Shown here piece by piece: positions 34,201-44,556 of a stretch of 64,000 nucleotides of DNA. The position numbers were made by a program, and so were the translations under genes. This DNA is from Macrostomum lignano (Eukaryota). The stretch lies in NCBI GenBank assembly GCA_002269645.1, contig NIVC01000651.1:24460-88459 (forward strand). The letters are read 5' to 3'. The notes under the pieces were generated by a model. It searched no databases. It saw only the letters and a list, made by a program, of their open reading frames with translations, and had not been told where the DNA came from. Within the stretch, counting starts at the first letter, position 1. Every line of letters starts with the position of its first letter.

Positions 34201-37200
34201 CGCGCACACAAACTCGCCGTCTCCGCTGAAGCAGCACTTGCGCCAATGGTTGCCAGTCACCAGGTCCTGCGGGATGGTCACAGGTAATGGCAGATTGCTC
34301 TAAGGTGCTGAGGGGGGACTGCTCTAAGGCTCAGGGGGGGACTGCTCTAAGGTGCTGAGGGGGGACTGCTCTAAGTTGCTGAGGGGGACTGCTCTAAGGC
34401 TCAGGGGGGACTGCTCTAAGTTGCTGAGGGGGGACTGCTCTAAGGCTCAGGGGGACTGCTCTAAGTTGCTGAGGGGGACTGCTCTAAGGCTCAGGGGGGA
34501 CTGCTCTAAGTTGCTGAGGGGGACTGCTCTAAGGCTCAGGGGGGACTGCTCTAAGTTGCTGAGGGGGACTGCTCTAAGATGCTGAGGGGGGACTGCTCTA
34601 AGGCTCAGGGGGGACTGCTCTAAGTTGCTGAGGGGGACTGCTCTAAGGCTCAGGGGGGACTGCTCTAAGTTGCTGAGGGGGACTGCTCTAAGGCTCAGGG
34701 GGGACTGCTCTAAGTTGCTGAGGGGGACTGCTCTAAGATGCTGAGGGGGGACTGCTCTAAGGCTCAGGGGGGACTGCTCTAAGTTGCTGAGGGGGACTGC
34801 TCTAAGATGCTGAGGGGGGACTGCTCTAAGGCTCAGGGGGGACTGCTCTAAGTTGCTGAGGGGGACTGCTCTAAGATGCTGAGGGGGGACTGCTCTAAGG
34901 CTCAGGGGGGACTGCTCTAAGTTGCTGAGGGGGACTGCTCTAAGATGCTGAGGGGGGACTGCTCTAAGGCTCAGGGGGGACTGCTCTAAGTTGCTGAGGG
35001 GGACTGCTCTAAGATGCTGAGGGGGGACTGCTCTAAGGCTCAGGGGGGACTGCTCTAAGTTGCTGAGGGGGACTGCTCTAAGATGCTGAGGGGGACTGCT
35101 CTAAGGCTCAGGGGGGACTGCTCTAAGTTGCTGAGGGGGACTGCTCTAAGTTGCTGAGGGGGACTGCTTTAAGGCTCAGGGGGACTGCTCTAAGTTGCTG
35201 AGGGGGACTGCTCTAAGTTGCTGAGGGGGACTGCTCTAAGGCTCAGGGGGGACTGCTCTAAGTTGCTGAGGGGGACTGCTCTAAGTTGCTGAGGGGGGAC
35301 TGCTCTAAGGCTCAGGGGGACTGCTCTAAGTTGCTGAGGGGGACTGCTCTAAGTTGCTGAGGGGGACTGCTCTAAGGCTCAGGGGGGACTGCTCTAAGTT
35401 GCTGAGGGGGACTGCTCTAAGTTGCTGAGGGGGGACTGCTCTAAGGCTCAGGGGGGACTGCTCTAAGTTGCTGAGGGGGACTGCTCTAAGTTGCTGAGGG
35501 GGACTGCTCTAAGGCTCAGGGGGACTGCTCTAAGTTGCTGAGGGGGACTGCTCTAAGGCTCAGGGGGGACTGCTCTAAGTTGCTGAGGGGGACTGCTCTA
35601 AGGCTCAGGGGGGACTGCTCTAAGTTGCTGAGGGGACTGCTCTAAGATGCTGAGGGGGACTGCTCTAAGGCTCAGGGGGGGACTGCTCTAAGTTGCTGAG
35701 GGGGACTGCTCTAAGATGCTGAGGGGGGACTGCTCTAAGGCTCAGGGGGGACTGCTCTAAGTTGCTGAGGGGGACTGCTCTAAGTTGCTGAGGGGGACTG
35801 CTCTAAGGCTCAGGGGGGACTGCTCTAAGTTGCTGAGGGGGACTGCTCTAAGTTGCTGAGGGGGACTGCTCTAAGATGCTGAGGGGGACTGCTCTAAGGC
35901 TCAGGGGGACTGCTCTAAGTTGCTGAGGGGGACTGCTCTAAGTTGCTGAGGGGGACTGCTCTAAGATGCTGAGGGGGACTGCTCTAAGTTGCTGAGGGGG
36001 ACTGCTCTAAGTTGCTGAGGGGGACTGCTCTAAGATGCTGAGGGGGGACTGCTCTAAGGCTCAGGGGGACTGCTCTAAGTTGCTGAGGGGGACTGCTCTA
36101 AGATGCTGAGGGGGACTGCTCTAAGTTGCTGAGGGGGACTGCTCTAAGTTGCTGAGGGGGACTGCTCTAAGATGCTGAGGGGGGACTGCTCTAAGGCTCA
36201 GGGGGACTGCTCTAAGTTGCTGAGGGGGACTGCTCTAAGTTGCTGAGGGGGACTGCTCTAAGTTGCTGAGGGGGACTGCTCTAAGATGCTGAGGGGGGAC
36301 TGCTCTAAGGCTCAGGGGGAGTGTTTTAGAGTGCAGCGAGTTGTCAAAGTGCGACTAAGGTGGCTAGTTAGATCCCAAAGGCCGCACCTTCAGCTTCTGC
36401 AGCGGCTCGACCTCCTGGTTGCGCCTGGCCTCCAGCACGATGTCGCAGGAGTACACGCGCACTATGCGATCCGAGCAGTTCAGCAGGAAGTTGCGCTGCT
36501 TGCGCGCGAACTCGATCGATTTTACAGCCGTGTTGGACGTGGCCGGTGTGGCTCGGAAGGCCGCCACCTGGCGGAGCGTGCGCGTCTGAATGGATTCGAC
36601 CGGGTGAAATGCGCTGATGGAGAGTAACAGATTTGCATAGTAACTGGTACACAGTCGGGTTTAGTCTCTCAACCCACCTGGTACACAGCCACCCAACCCA
36701 TCTGGTACACAGTCAGGTTTAGTCTCTCAACCCACCTGGTACACAGCCACCCAACCCATCTGGTACACAGTCAGGTTTAGTCTCTCAACCCACCTGGTAC
36801 ACAGCCACCTAACCCACCTGGTACACGGCCATCCAACCCACCTGGTACACAGCCACACAACCCACCTGGTATACAGCCACCCAACCCACCTGGTACACGG
36901 CCATCCAACCCACCTGGTACACAGCCACCCAACCCACCTGGTACACAGTCACCCAACCCACCTGGTACACAGTCACCCAACCCACCTGGTACACAGTCAC
37001 CCAACCCACCTGGTACACAGCCACCCGACCCACCTGGTACACAGCCACCCGACCCACCTGGTACACAGCCACCCGACCCACCTGGTAGAGGGCCATCCAA
37101 CCCACCTGGTACACAGCCACCCAACCCACCTGGTACACAGCCACCTAACCCACCTGGTACAGTCACCCAACCCACCTGGTACAAAGTCACCCAACCCACC

Positions 37201-38254
37201 TGGTACACAGCCACCCAACCCACCTGGTACACAGCCACCCAACCCACCTGGTACACGGCCACCCAACCCACCTGGTACAGTCACCCAACCCACCTGGTAC
37301 AAAGTCACCCAACCCACCTGGTACACAGCCACCCAACCCACCTGGTACACAGCCACCCAACCCACCTGGTACACGGCCACCCAACCCACCTGGTACAGTC
37401 ACCCAACCCACCTGGTACAAAGTCACCCAACCCACCTGGTACACAGCCACCCAACCCACCTGGTACACGGCCACCCAACCCACCTGGTACACAGCCACCC
37501 AACCCACCTGGTACACGGCCACCCTGCCGCGCGAGTTGCCAACGTAGACGTGATCGCCGCGCGAGTTGAAGGCGGCCGCGGTGCTGAACTCGCCCTCCTC
37601 GTCGGGCGGCAGGCAGCTGTGGCTGCCGGTTTCAGCGTCCACCAGCACTGGCGGGTGACGCATCGGGCACACCAGCAGCCGCTGGCTGTTCCGGGGGTGA
37701 AAGGCAGCTCTGGAAATGGGCAGGTGAAGTCGGTCAAGCTTTCTCATCAGCTGCCGCACCGGACAACTTTAACAGTGCGGAAGGCTGTGCCAGGTAGACT
37801 GGGAATTCTACCTGACAAGTTCTGCCGCGCCGGAATGGAAAGCAGTTGGAAAAAAATCAGAATGCTATTCAACACAAAATCCTTAAATAGCGAAGATTTG
37901 ACAGCCCCCAGCAACGCACTTGAGCACAGGCGAGGGGAAGCGGAACACCTTGTCGCACTCGCCAGACAGCACATCCCACAGCGCCACCGTGTTATCCGTG
38001 GAAGCCGTCAGCAGCTTCTTGGAGTCGCGGCTCCAGCTGACGGAGCAGACGGTGACCGCGTGCGCCGTGATGGTCTTGGCGATGCCGCGGGTCAGGAAGT
38101 CCCAGATCACCACGCGGCCATCGTTGCAGCCGACGGCCAGCAAGGTGCCGAACCTGTTGAAGGCGCAGGTCACGGCGAAGGAGACGCAGTCCAGCACGCC
38201 GTCGTTTTCCTCCGGGTAGTTCTTGTGGAAGGACTCCAGCAGCTCCAGGTTCAT
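31273..38254 (-). CDS. RBBP5: Retinoblastoma-binding protein 5 (COMPASS/MLL WRAD subunit, Swd1), ~537 aa
   Basis: Exons 37920-38254, 37508-37709, 36388-36585, 34030-34266, 33121-33366 and 31273-31668 (1614 nt). Motifs MNLELLESF...NYPEE, GTLLAVGCNDGRVVIWDFLTRGIAK, AVKSIEFARK, WRKCCFSGDGEF, NWSAFAPDFKELDENVEYEERESEFD. Confidence 0.97.
31987..32991. repeat. 40-bp intronic minisatellite (~25 copies)
   Basis: GCAGATTTCACCT(A/G)CTGTGATTGGGCAGCAGCTCTAAGCT, near-perfect. Confidence 0.97.
33455..33956. repeat. 29-bp intronic minisatellite (~17 copies)
   Basis: AGCCCAGTGAGTCACTGCTTGCCGCTCCC; GCCCAGTG recurs at 33482 and 33511. Confidence 0.97.
34295..36320. repeat. 22-24-bp G-tract minisatellite with three interleaved unit variants (~2 kb)
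   Basis: ACTGCTCTAAG followed by TTGCTGA, ATGCTGA or GCTCA, then G5-G7. Confidence 0.97.
36643..37524. repeat. 24-bp intronic minisatellite made of the RBBP5 exon-2 end plus donor site
   Basis: Minus-strand unit GGGTGGCTGTGTACCAG|GTGGGTT; about 33 copies with intact CCAG|GTGGG counted by eye. Confidence 0.97.
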
Positions 38255-38455
38255 GGCTGGGGCTGAGGGAAGGCGGCGGGTGCTCATACTGCCTTACAGG
38301 TAATTGCACTGCCTGAACTGAATGGGCCTGGCTTATTCGTCGTGCAAAAATCTCGAAACCTGGTAGCCCACTAACCTAATGCTGGGCTGCATGGAAACCG
38401 AGGATTAGGGCTGAATCATCTCAGGATTGAACAAACTTTACAACGGAGCCACAGA

Positions 38456-38968
38456 TCTCAGCTCAGTGATGAGTGTCTCAGCTCAGTGATGAGTGTCTCA
38501 GCTCAGTGATGAGTGTCTCAGCTTAGTGATGAGTGTCTCAGCTCAGTGATGAGTGTCTCAGCTCAGTGACGAGTGTCTCAGCTTAGTGATGGGTGTCAGC
38601 TCAGTGATGAATGTCTCAGCTCAGTGATGAGTGTCTCAGCTCAGTGATGAGTGTCTCAGCTCAGTGATGAGTGTCTCAGCTTAGTGATGAGTGTCTCAGC
38701 TCAATGATGAGTGTCTCAGCTTAGTGATGAGTGTCTCAGCTTAGTATTGAGTGTCTCAGCTTAGTGATGAGTGTCTCAGCTCAATGACGAGTGTCTCAGC
38801 TTAGTGATGAGTGTCTCAGCTCAATGACGAGTGTCTCAGCTTAGTGATAAGTGTCTCAGCTTAGTGATGATGAGTGTCTCAGCTTAGTCATGAGTGTCTC
38901 AGCTTAGTGATGAGTGTCTCAGCTTAGTAATGAGTGTCTCAGCTCAGTGTTAAGAGTCTCAGCTTAGT
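38456..38968. repeat. 20-bp minisatellite upstream of the RBBP5 ATG
   Basis: GAGTGTCTCAGCT(C/T)AGTGAT, about 25 copies. Confidence 0.95.
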
Positions 38969-39892
38969 GATAATTTGATTAGCAAGACCAATTATCAATT
39001 AAAGCTAAAGTACCTTTACAAAGCGTTCAAAAATGTTTCCAAAGGATCCAACGAAGTCACTAACTTAACCATTCAAATATATGTCAATAATTAACAAACA
39101 AGAAGTTACAGCTTTGAAAAGTTAAAAAAGGCACAGCCAAAACTGAAAAAAGATTGTATATTTGCTGATCTCAAAATAAAAAGTGAATATAAAATAAACT
39201 CAAGCAAAAAGTTGACTAGCGAGGAACTCAAAACAAAGCAAAACAAAAAGAATGCTAAATAAATATTGCGGACCAAAGCAACAGAGAATTCGGTAGTTGG
39301 CTTGGGCCACGAGCGAGGAAATTCTATACGAGGAATGCACTAAACAGTTTGTAAATATGAAACTTTCTAATAAACTAATACTCAATCTCACAATACGCAG
39401 ACAGAGAGCTAAAATATAATATTGAAGGCCAGGTGATAACAACAGAATCATGCTAGATAAGACATTGCTATCGAACACAGCAGTAAACAATGTTTATGAT
39501 GCTTCACAGTGAATACAGGTGTATTTTACCTGTTTCAAATAGGATTTGTACACAGGCACGCACTCACACAGGGTAAGCAGTGGCCTTAACTTTTCCTTGT
39601 CAGACATGCCGGGCGCGCATGGAACCGAACCCGTGCCACACAGCCGCTGAACTACTCTGTCCCTGCCACAGATACTAGAATAACTAGATAGGTCACTCGC
39701 AATTAAAATTGTGAAAAAGTAGAGCCTCTACTTTTTTCAGTAGTTGTCTGCGTTAATGTAATTTAAATTTGATGTAGCAGATAAAATTCCTTTCCTTCCT
39801 CAGGGCTTGCGGCCTCAAGAGCATATGGGGTTAAGAATGAACAAGCATTTGTTAACTCAATGTACACAAATTAACGCAAGACGGACGAAACT

Positions 39893-40130
39893 CAGCCTAG
39901 GGGGCAGGCCCAATCTAGCTCAGCCAATGAGAGAGCAGTAGAGAGATGCCTGGCTAGGGGGCAGGCCCAATCTAGCTCAGCCAATGAGAGAGCAGTAGAG
40001 AGATGTCTGGCTAGGGGACAGGCCCAATCTAGCTCAGCCAATGAGAGAGCAGTAGAGAAATGCCTGGCTAGGGGGCAGGCCCAATTCAGCTCAGCCAATG
40101 AGAGAGCAGTAGAGAGATGCCTGGCTAGGG
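39893..40130. repeat. 57-bp tandem repeat, 4 copies, two CCAAT motifs per unit
   Basis: GCAGGCCCAATCTAGCTCAGCCAATGAGAGAGCAGTAGAGAGATGCCTGGCTAGGGG; recurs at 39904 and 39961. Confidence 0.9.
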
Positions 40131-40548
40131 CGCTGGGGCGCCAGCACTGAATTTTCTCTTGCTCTATGCCATTGCCAAGCACTGAATTTCGGAATTTTAC
40201 ATTTTTATAGTTTTCTACAGTCTTAAGTCTTTAATTCGTTTCTTTTTGAACTGGTAAAACTGAGCAGACATGCTTATTTTATTAGCCTGCTTGTAGAAAG
40301 GCACAGACAAATTTTGCAGCTTTAAAAACTTTAAATTTCGTTTAAACTAGATAAATTTTAATTTTACTTTCATAAAGGCAAAAAACGCCTATTTTACTAC
40401 TGAAAAAGAGTAGAGAAACGCATTTTTTTGCGAGTGACATATCTAGTTATTCTAGTATCTGTGGTCCCTGCTCACCTCCATGTTGTTTAGAGAATAGCCC
40501 GCCATTCACAGTGAAGCCATCGTGCACAGCACAACACTGCTATGCTAG

Positions 40549-40966
40549 CTAAAAAAGATAAGAAACGCTAGACACTACTGCTGCGAGTAGCCGCCGCTGC
40601 GCCCGGCAGGCGGGCCGAGGCGCCGGTAGAAAAACGGCTGACAGCCGTGCGGCCAGCCGTCGGCGCCGTCGTGAGACGTGTCGGTGGTCAGCGGCCGCGT
40701 CATCAGGAACAGCCGTCGGATTCCCACGCTGGCGAGGACGGCTGCGGGCTTCTCTGACGGCAGAGGTGGCGGCGGTGGTGGCCGCTGTTGCTCCGCCGTC
40801 GAAGTCTGGGGTCGGCAGCCAACTCCAAGCTGCAGCGGCGGCTCCATTTGATGGCCGAAGCCGCTGGCCGCTGCTCAGCGGGCGGGTCGCCGCCCAGGCA
40901 ACAGCGCAGCCGGTCAACAGCGGCCCGGTGAGCCAGGGCGGCCTCCTTAGCGGCCTGGTCGGAGGG
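40549..40966 (-). CDS. Putative GC-rich terminal exon, reading frame unresolved
   Basis: Acceptor-like CCTTCCAG| at 40967 and exon-like GC composition. Two frames are open (to 40703 or to 40549). No recognisable domain. Confidence 0.3.
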
Positions 40967-42933
40967 CTGGAAGGCAGGTGAGATCGAAATCAACTGACTG
41001 ATTGCTAACTGTATAATCAAGCAATATAAGCGAGCATTGAGCGCATCTGACTGAACTCATCACTCCCTGTCTGCAAAGAATCGCTAGAGTCATTGCAGTC
41101 AACTCACTTGTGACCCTAGCGGATTCTGGGGCGACTCTTTTTGACGACTCAAAACCGACTGCAATGCGACGGAGAGGCGACTGTTGACTCACGAGCGCAT
41201 CACGTGAGTTGGAGAAGCGTAAAAGAGTAGCGAAAGAGTCGTCCAAAAATTGTGTTAACGCTTAACTTTCTACTAACCAGAGTCGCAGGCAATAGAAGGC
41301 CTCAAATTGACTCTTTGATCTCTTTGACTTTTGGCAACTCGTACCGTGACATGTTGTCTTTTTAGAGTTCTCTAGAGACTAGCTACAGTCACTGACTCTA
41401 GCTCTGCTTCGCGGCCTAGGTAAGGTATCGTTTTTGTCGGGAATTTTCTTGGACCGACTTCATCACCCGCACCTGTTTATGGCTCACAGGAAAGGAAATT
41501 TCCACCGTGCTAAAGTAGAGAGATGCGGGCTCACAAAAATTAGGCACAGGTCAAGATAGAGGACCGCCAGTAACGGAGACCATCACAGAGATCGCGGACT
41601 CTATTTGTGCCGGAGACCAGTTACAAGACAAGTGTAAGACCTTCGGAACCATAAAGACATTCACAAATTTCACTGCAAGCAGGAGATTTCACTGAACCGA
41701 AAGCAGACCCTGTCGCCAACAGCTCATACCAGTGTCTCAATAAGTCTTTCTGGGGTCGGTTTTCGATTGATAAAGAAAACGCAAGATGCTAAATAGCGGC
41801 AAAGCTGGTATTATACGGACTATACGAGTATATTTCTCAATATCAAGTGATTACAGTTCGACAAAAAATGATAACCTATGCCTTGAGCCAAGCGATTTAG
41901 CCAAGAAATAAATATCGAGCACTAGAGACATGTGGAATAATATTTATTGTGTGCATAGATATCTATTGCCAACGCTAGCGAAGGCAATATTTAATGGCAA
42001 TTGTAAACAAAAGCACATCTATTGTATTCAAGTGCATCTGGGGACCTGCGCTACCGGGCGAAATCAAACTGAACTGAAATTCCACAGTGCAGCCGAGCGG
42101 CTGGCATTCGCAGTGCGGGATTAAAAACGCAACAAGGAATAATAAAACAAAATAGCGCAACTTCTGTCCAAACAGGTTGGATAAAACGGGGCAAATCATT
42201 CCGCCAGCAGGTGAAAAACTCTGAGCTGAAAATTAGTAGATGAAGGTAAATAAGTGGCATTCTGACGGCGCACAAAAAAGTCTGCAGACAATGAGGAAGC
42301 AATAAATCGAATCACAGCAGCGAACTCAACAACTCAAACAGGGGGGGGGGGGATGACGCATAACTGGCACTGAGAGGGGCCGCACTGCAGGCAGTGAAAG
42401 GCCACTGGAAGCAGGAAGTCAAGTCGATGCGGGGTAGGAAATTAAGGCGAGAAAAAAACCAGGAAAATGAGAAATTTCACAGGACAGCACGGCGAGTCCC
42501 TGCCCAGCTCAAAAATATTTGCGCGTTTTCTGTCCCTGATTGGCAAAAGCAGAAGAGTGTACTTCAGGCCAGCCCTGAGAAGGGGAGTCAGACAGGCGCT
42601 GGGAGACCACAGCTGCGGTGCCAATGTACAGCTGGATTCAGGACTCAGTTTTCAAGGTCCGAAGTACTTTAAGGCGTAGTTATTGATTCCATTTTTAAAA
42701 ATCCTGTTTCTAAGCCTAGCAGTTGGTGCGGAACCCTCGCCATTGCTGTTGGAAATAGTTTAGTAATGTGAAAACATGTCTTGGGTATCTGTGAGAAACA
42801 CTTTTAGTTGATCACATAAACACATTTAATAGGCACTTAAACAACAAATAAACACAAAGTCTGCACAAAAACACGGCAAAGCTGAATGCAAAGGTATCTG
42901 TTGATTCGCAGACGACATCTTCCAAATCCCAAA

Positions 42934-43434
42934 TCACTTCCGGTTGAAGATCGACCTGCCGGGGGCGGGCGGCGACCGCCGGGAGCCGCAGCACAGCTGA
43001 GACCGGAGCCGCCGCACCAGGGAGCCGTGCTCAACCTCAGCCGCCAGCCGCTCGCGCCGCAGCCACTCCACGGAGCCGCTGCGCGGCCAGGCGGCCCGCC
43101 TCTGCGGCAGCGGAGATTCGGCGGCGCCGGCCTCGACTTGCAGCAGCCGCGCAGTCCAGGGCAGCGGCAGGAGGCGGCCGCCGCGCTCCGCAGAGTCCAG
43201 CCAGTCGCGACAGTGCGCCAGATAGGTGCGCGCCTGCCGGCACTCGGCGCAGCCCTCGGAGCCGGCGCCCACGGCCTGGATGAGGTCGCGCACCACTTGC
43301 AGCGCAGACTGTGAGGCTTCGGGCGATCCGGCAAGCTCGCCGACCTCATCGACATCGACGTCGCTGGCGGTGTCGGCCTCCCAAAGCTGAGGATCGGCGT
43401 CCAGGCTCTGCAGAGATGCCTGGGCGGCGTCGCG
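42934..43434 (-). CDS. Putative GC-rich exon of unknown function (possibly a 3' exon of the giant gene)
   Basis: The frame of ORF 42934-43296 extends upstream without a stop to an acceptor-like GGCAG| at 43435: RDAAQASLQSLDADPQLWEADTASDVDVDEVGELAG...CAECRQARTYLAHCRDW. Confidence 0.4.
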   Translation of the reverse strand, partial: RDAAQASLQSLDADPQLWEADTASDVDVDEVGELAGSPEASQSALQVVRDLIQAVGAGSEGCAECRQARTYLAHCRDWLDSAERGGRLLPLPWTARLLQVEAGAAESPLPQRRAAWPRSGSVEWLRRERLAAEVEHGSLVRRLRSQLCCGSRRSPPAPGRSIFNRK

Positions 43435-44556
43435 CTGCCCGGCGGGGTGGGTGGGGGATCAGCGATGCAGGGCGGCTCTTCGCAATTCTTTATTTGATTA
43501 ATTTCGAGAACAAATATTCGAACCCATGCGATGGAGGGACTCAAGCGAGCTCTGGTGAGCTGCATGACAGGCTTGTAAACTGAACAGACTGACAGGTTGA
43601 TTCATTTTTTCTCAAAGCCCAAATTTGCTTAAACTGCGTTAAAGCGTACCAGAATCTCCATAACCAACAAGCAGAACTACTCGCATAAGATTTCCCAGCT
43701 GCAATCAATCATAAGCAGGTTCCCATTTGTTCCAACTGTATAAACTCAATTAGCAGTAAGCCACGGGTTGCATAATGCTTTCCCTATAAACCGGCCACTT
43801 CAATCAAAATAGTTAAAACATTTAGTTGATGCAGTTAAAGGTTTAAAAAGAATAGGAAATAAGCACGCCATCCAGCAGTAGCTGATTGGCCAGTGACACT
43901 ACAGAGCTGCTATAATGCACATTAGTAAGCTTTAGTACGGTTAGTAAAGCACAGGTGAAACAAAAGCCTGACTGCACAACACTGAGCCGCTGAAAGCACT
44001 GAAACACTACCTTCAGTCCTCGGGCCTCAATTGAGCTTGCTGGCGCCTACAACAGAATTGAGCACGAGTTAGAGAGTGGGCTGTTAAAAACGCCAATGCA
44101 AAATGGCCTACACAGATGAGAACAGTGCGAGTCTACAGATTAAAGTTGGCTATTTTTGTTATGCTGCGAAACCGGCTGCTGCCAGACTCCATTGGCTTGC
44201 CAGTGAGGCTCATTGCAAGGTACTGCTGTGTTTGCATGGAACTCGATCATCTAAGCTAGTTTCACAAGCGCACAATTGAGTTGCTGAGCTACAATATAAT
44301 GCACACGATATTAAACTAGGAATAAAAACAGGTAAACCGAAAACGTGTTACGCACATCAGCAAACTATTTAAATTTGTATACGAACGCTGAAATTCAATA
44401 ATGAAATAAGCGGATAATGTTAGGCTATCACAGAAGGCAATGTTTGAGCTAAATCAAGTTAAAAACGGCACAGATGTCTACTCTCTGCTGTAACGAGTAA
44501 GCTCAATGGTTCTACACAGAGTTATAAAGGATTAAAACAAAAAACAAGCCACATAA

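Noticed and set aside
36777-37502. VPGGLGG / VAVYQVGW repeat ORFs (elastin- or silk-like)
   Set aside because: Translations of the RBBP5 intron-2 minisatellite; the spliced RBBP5 is complete without them.
435-38968. Regular repeat arrays as CRISPR arrays
   Set aside because: Units are head-to-tail with no unique spacers, they lie in spliceosomal introns, and there are no cas genes.
41086-41400. TAGAGTCA...TGACTCTA inverted ends as a hAT MITE
   Set aside because: Only an 8-bp match and no target-site duplication.
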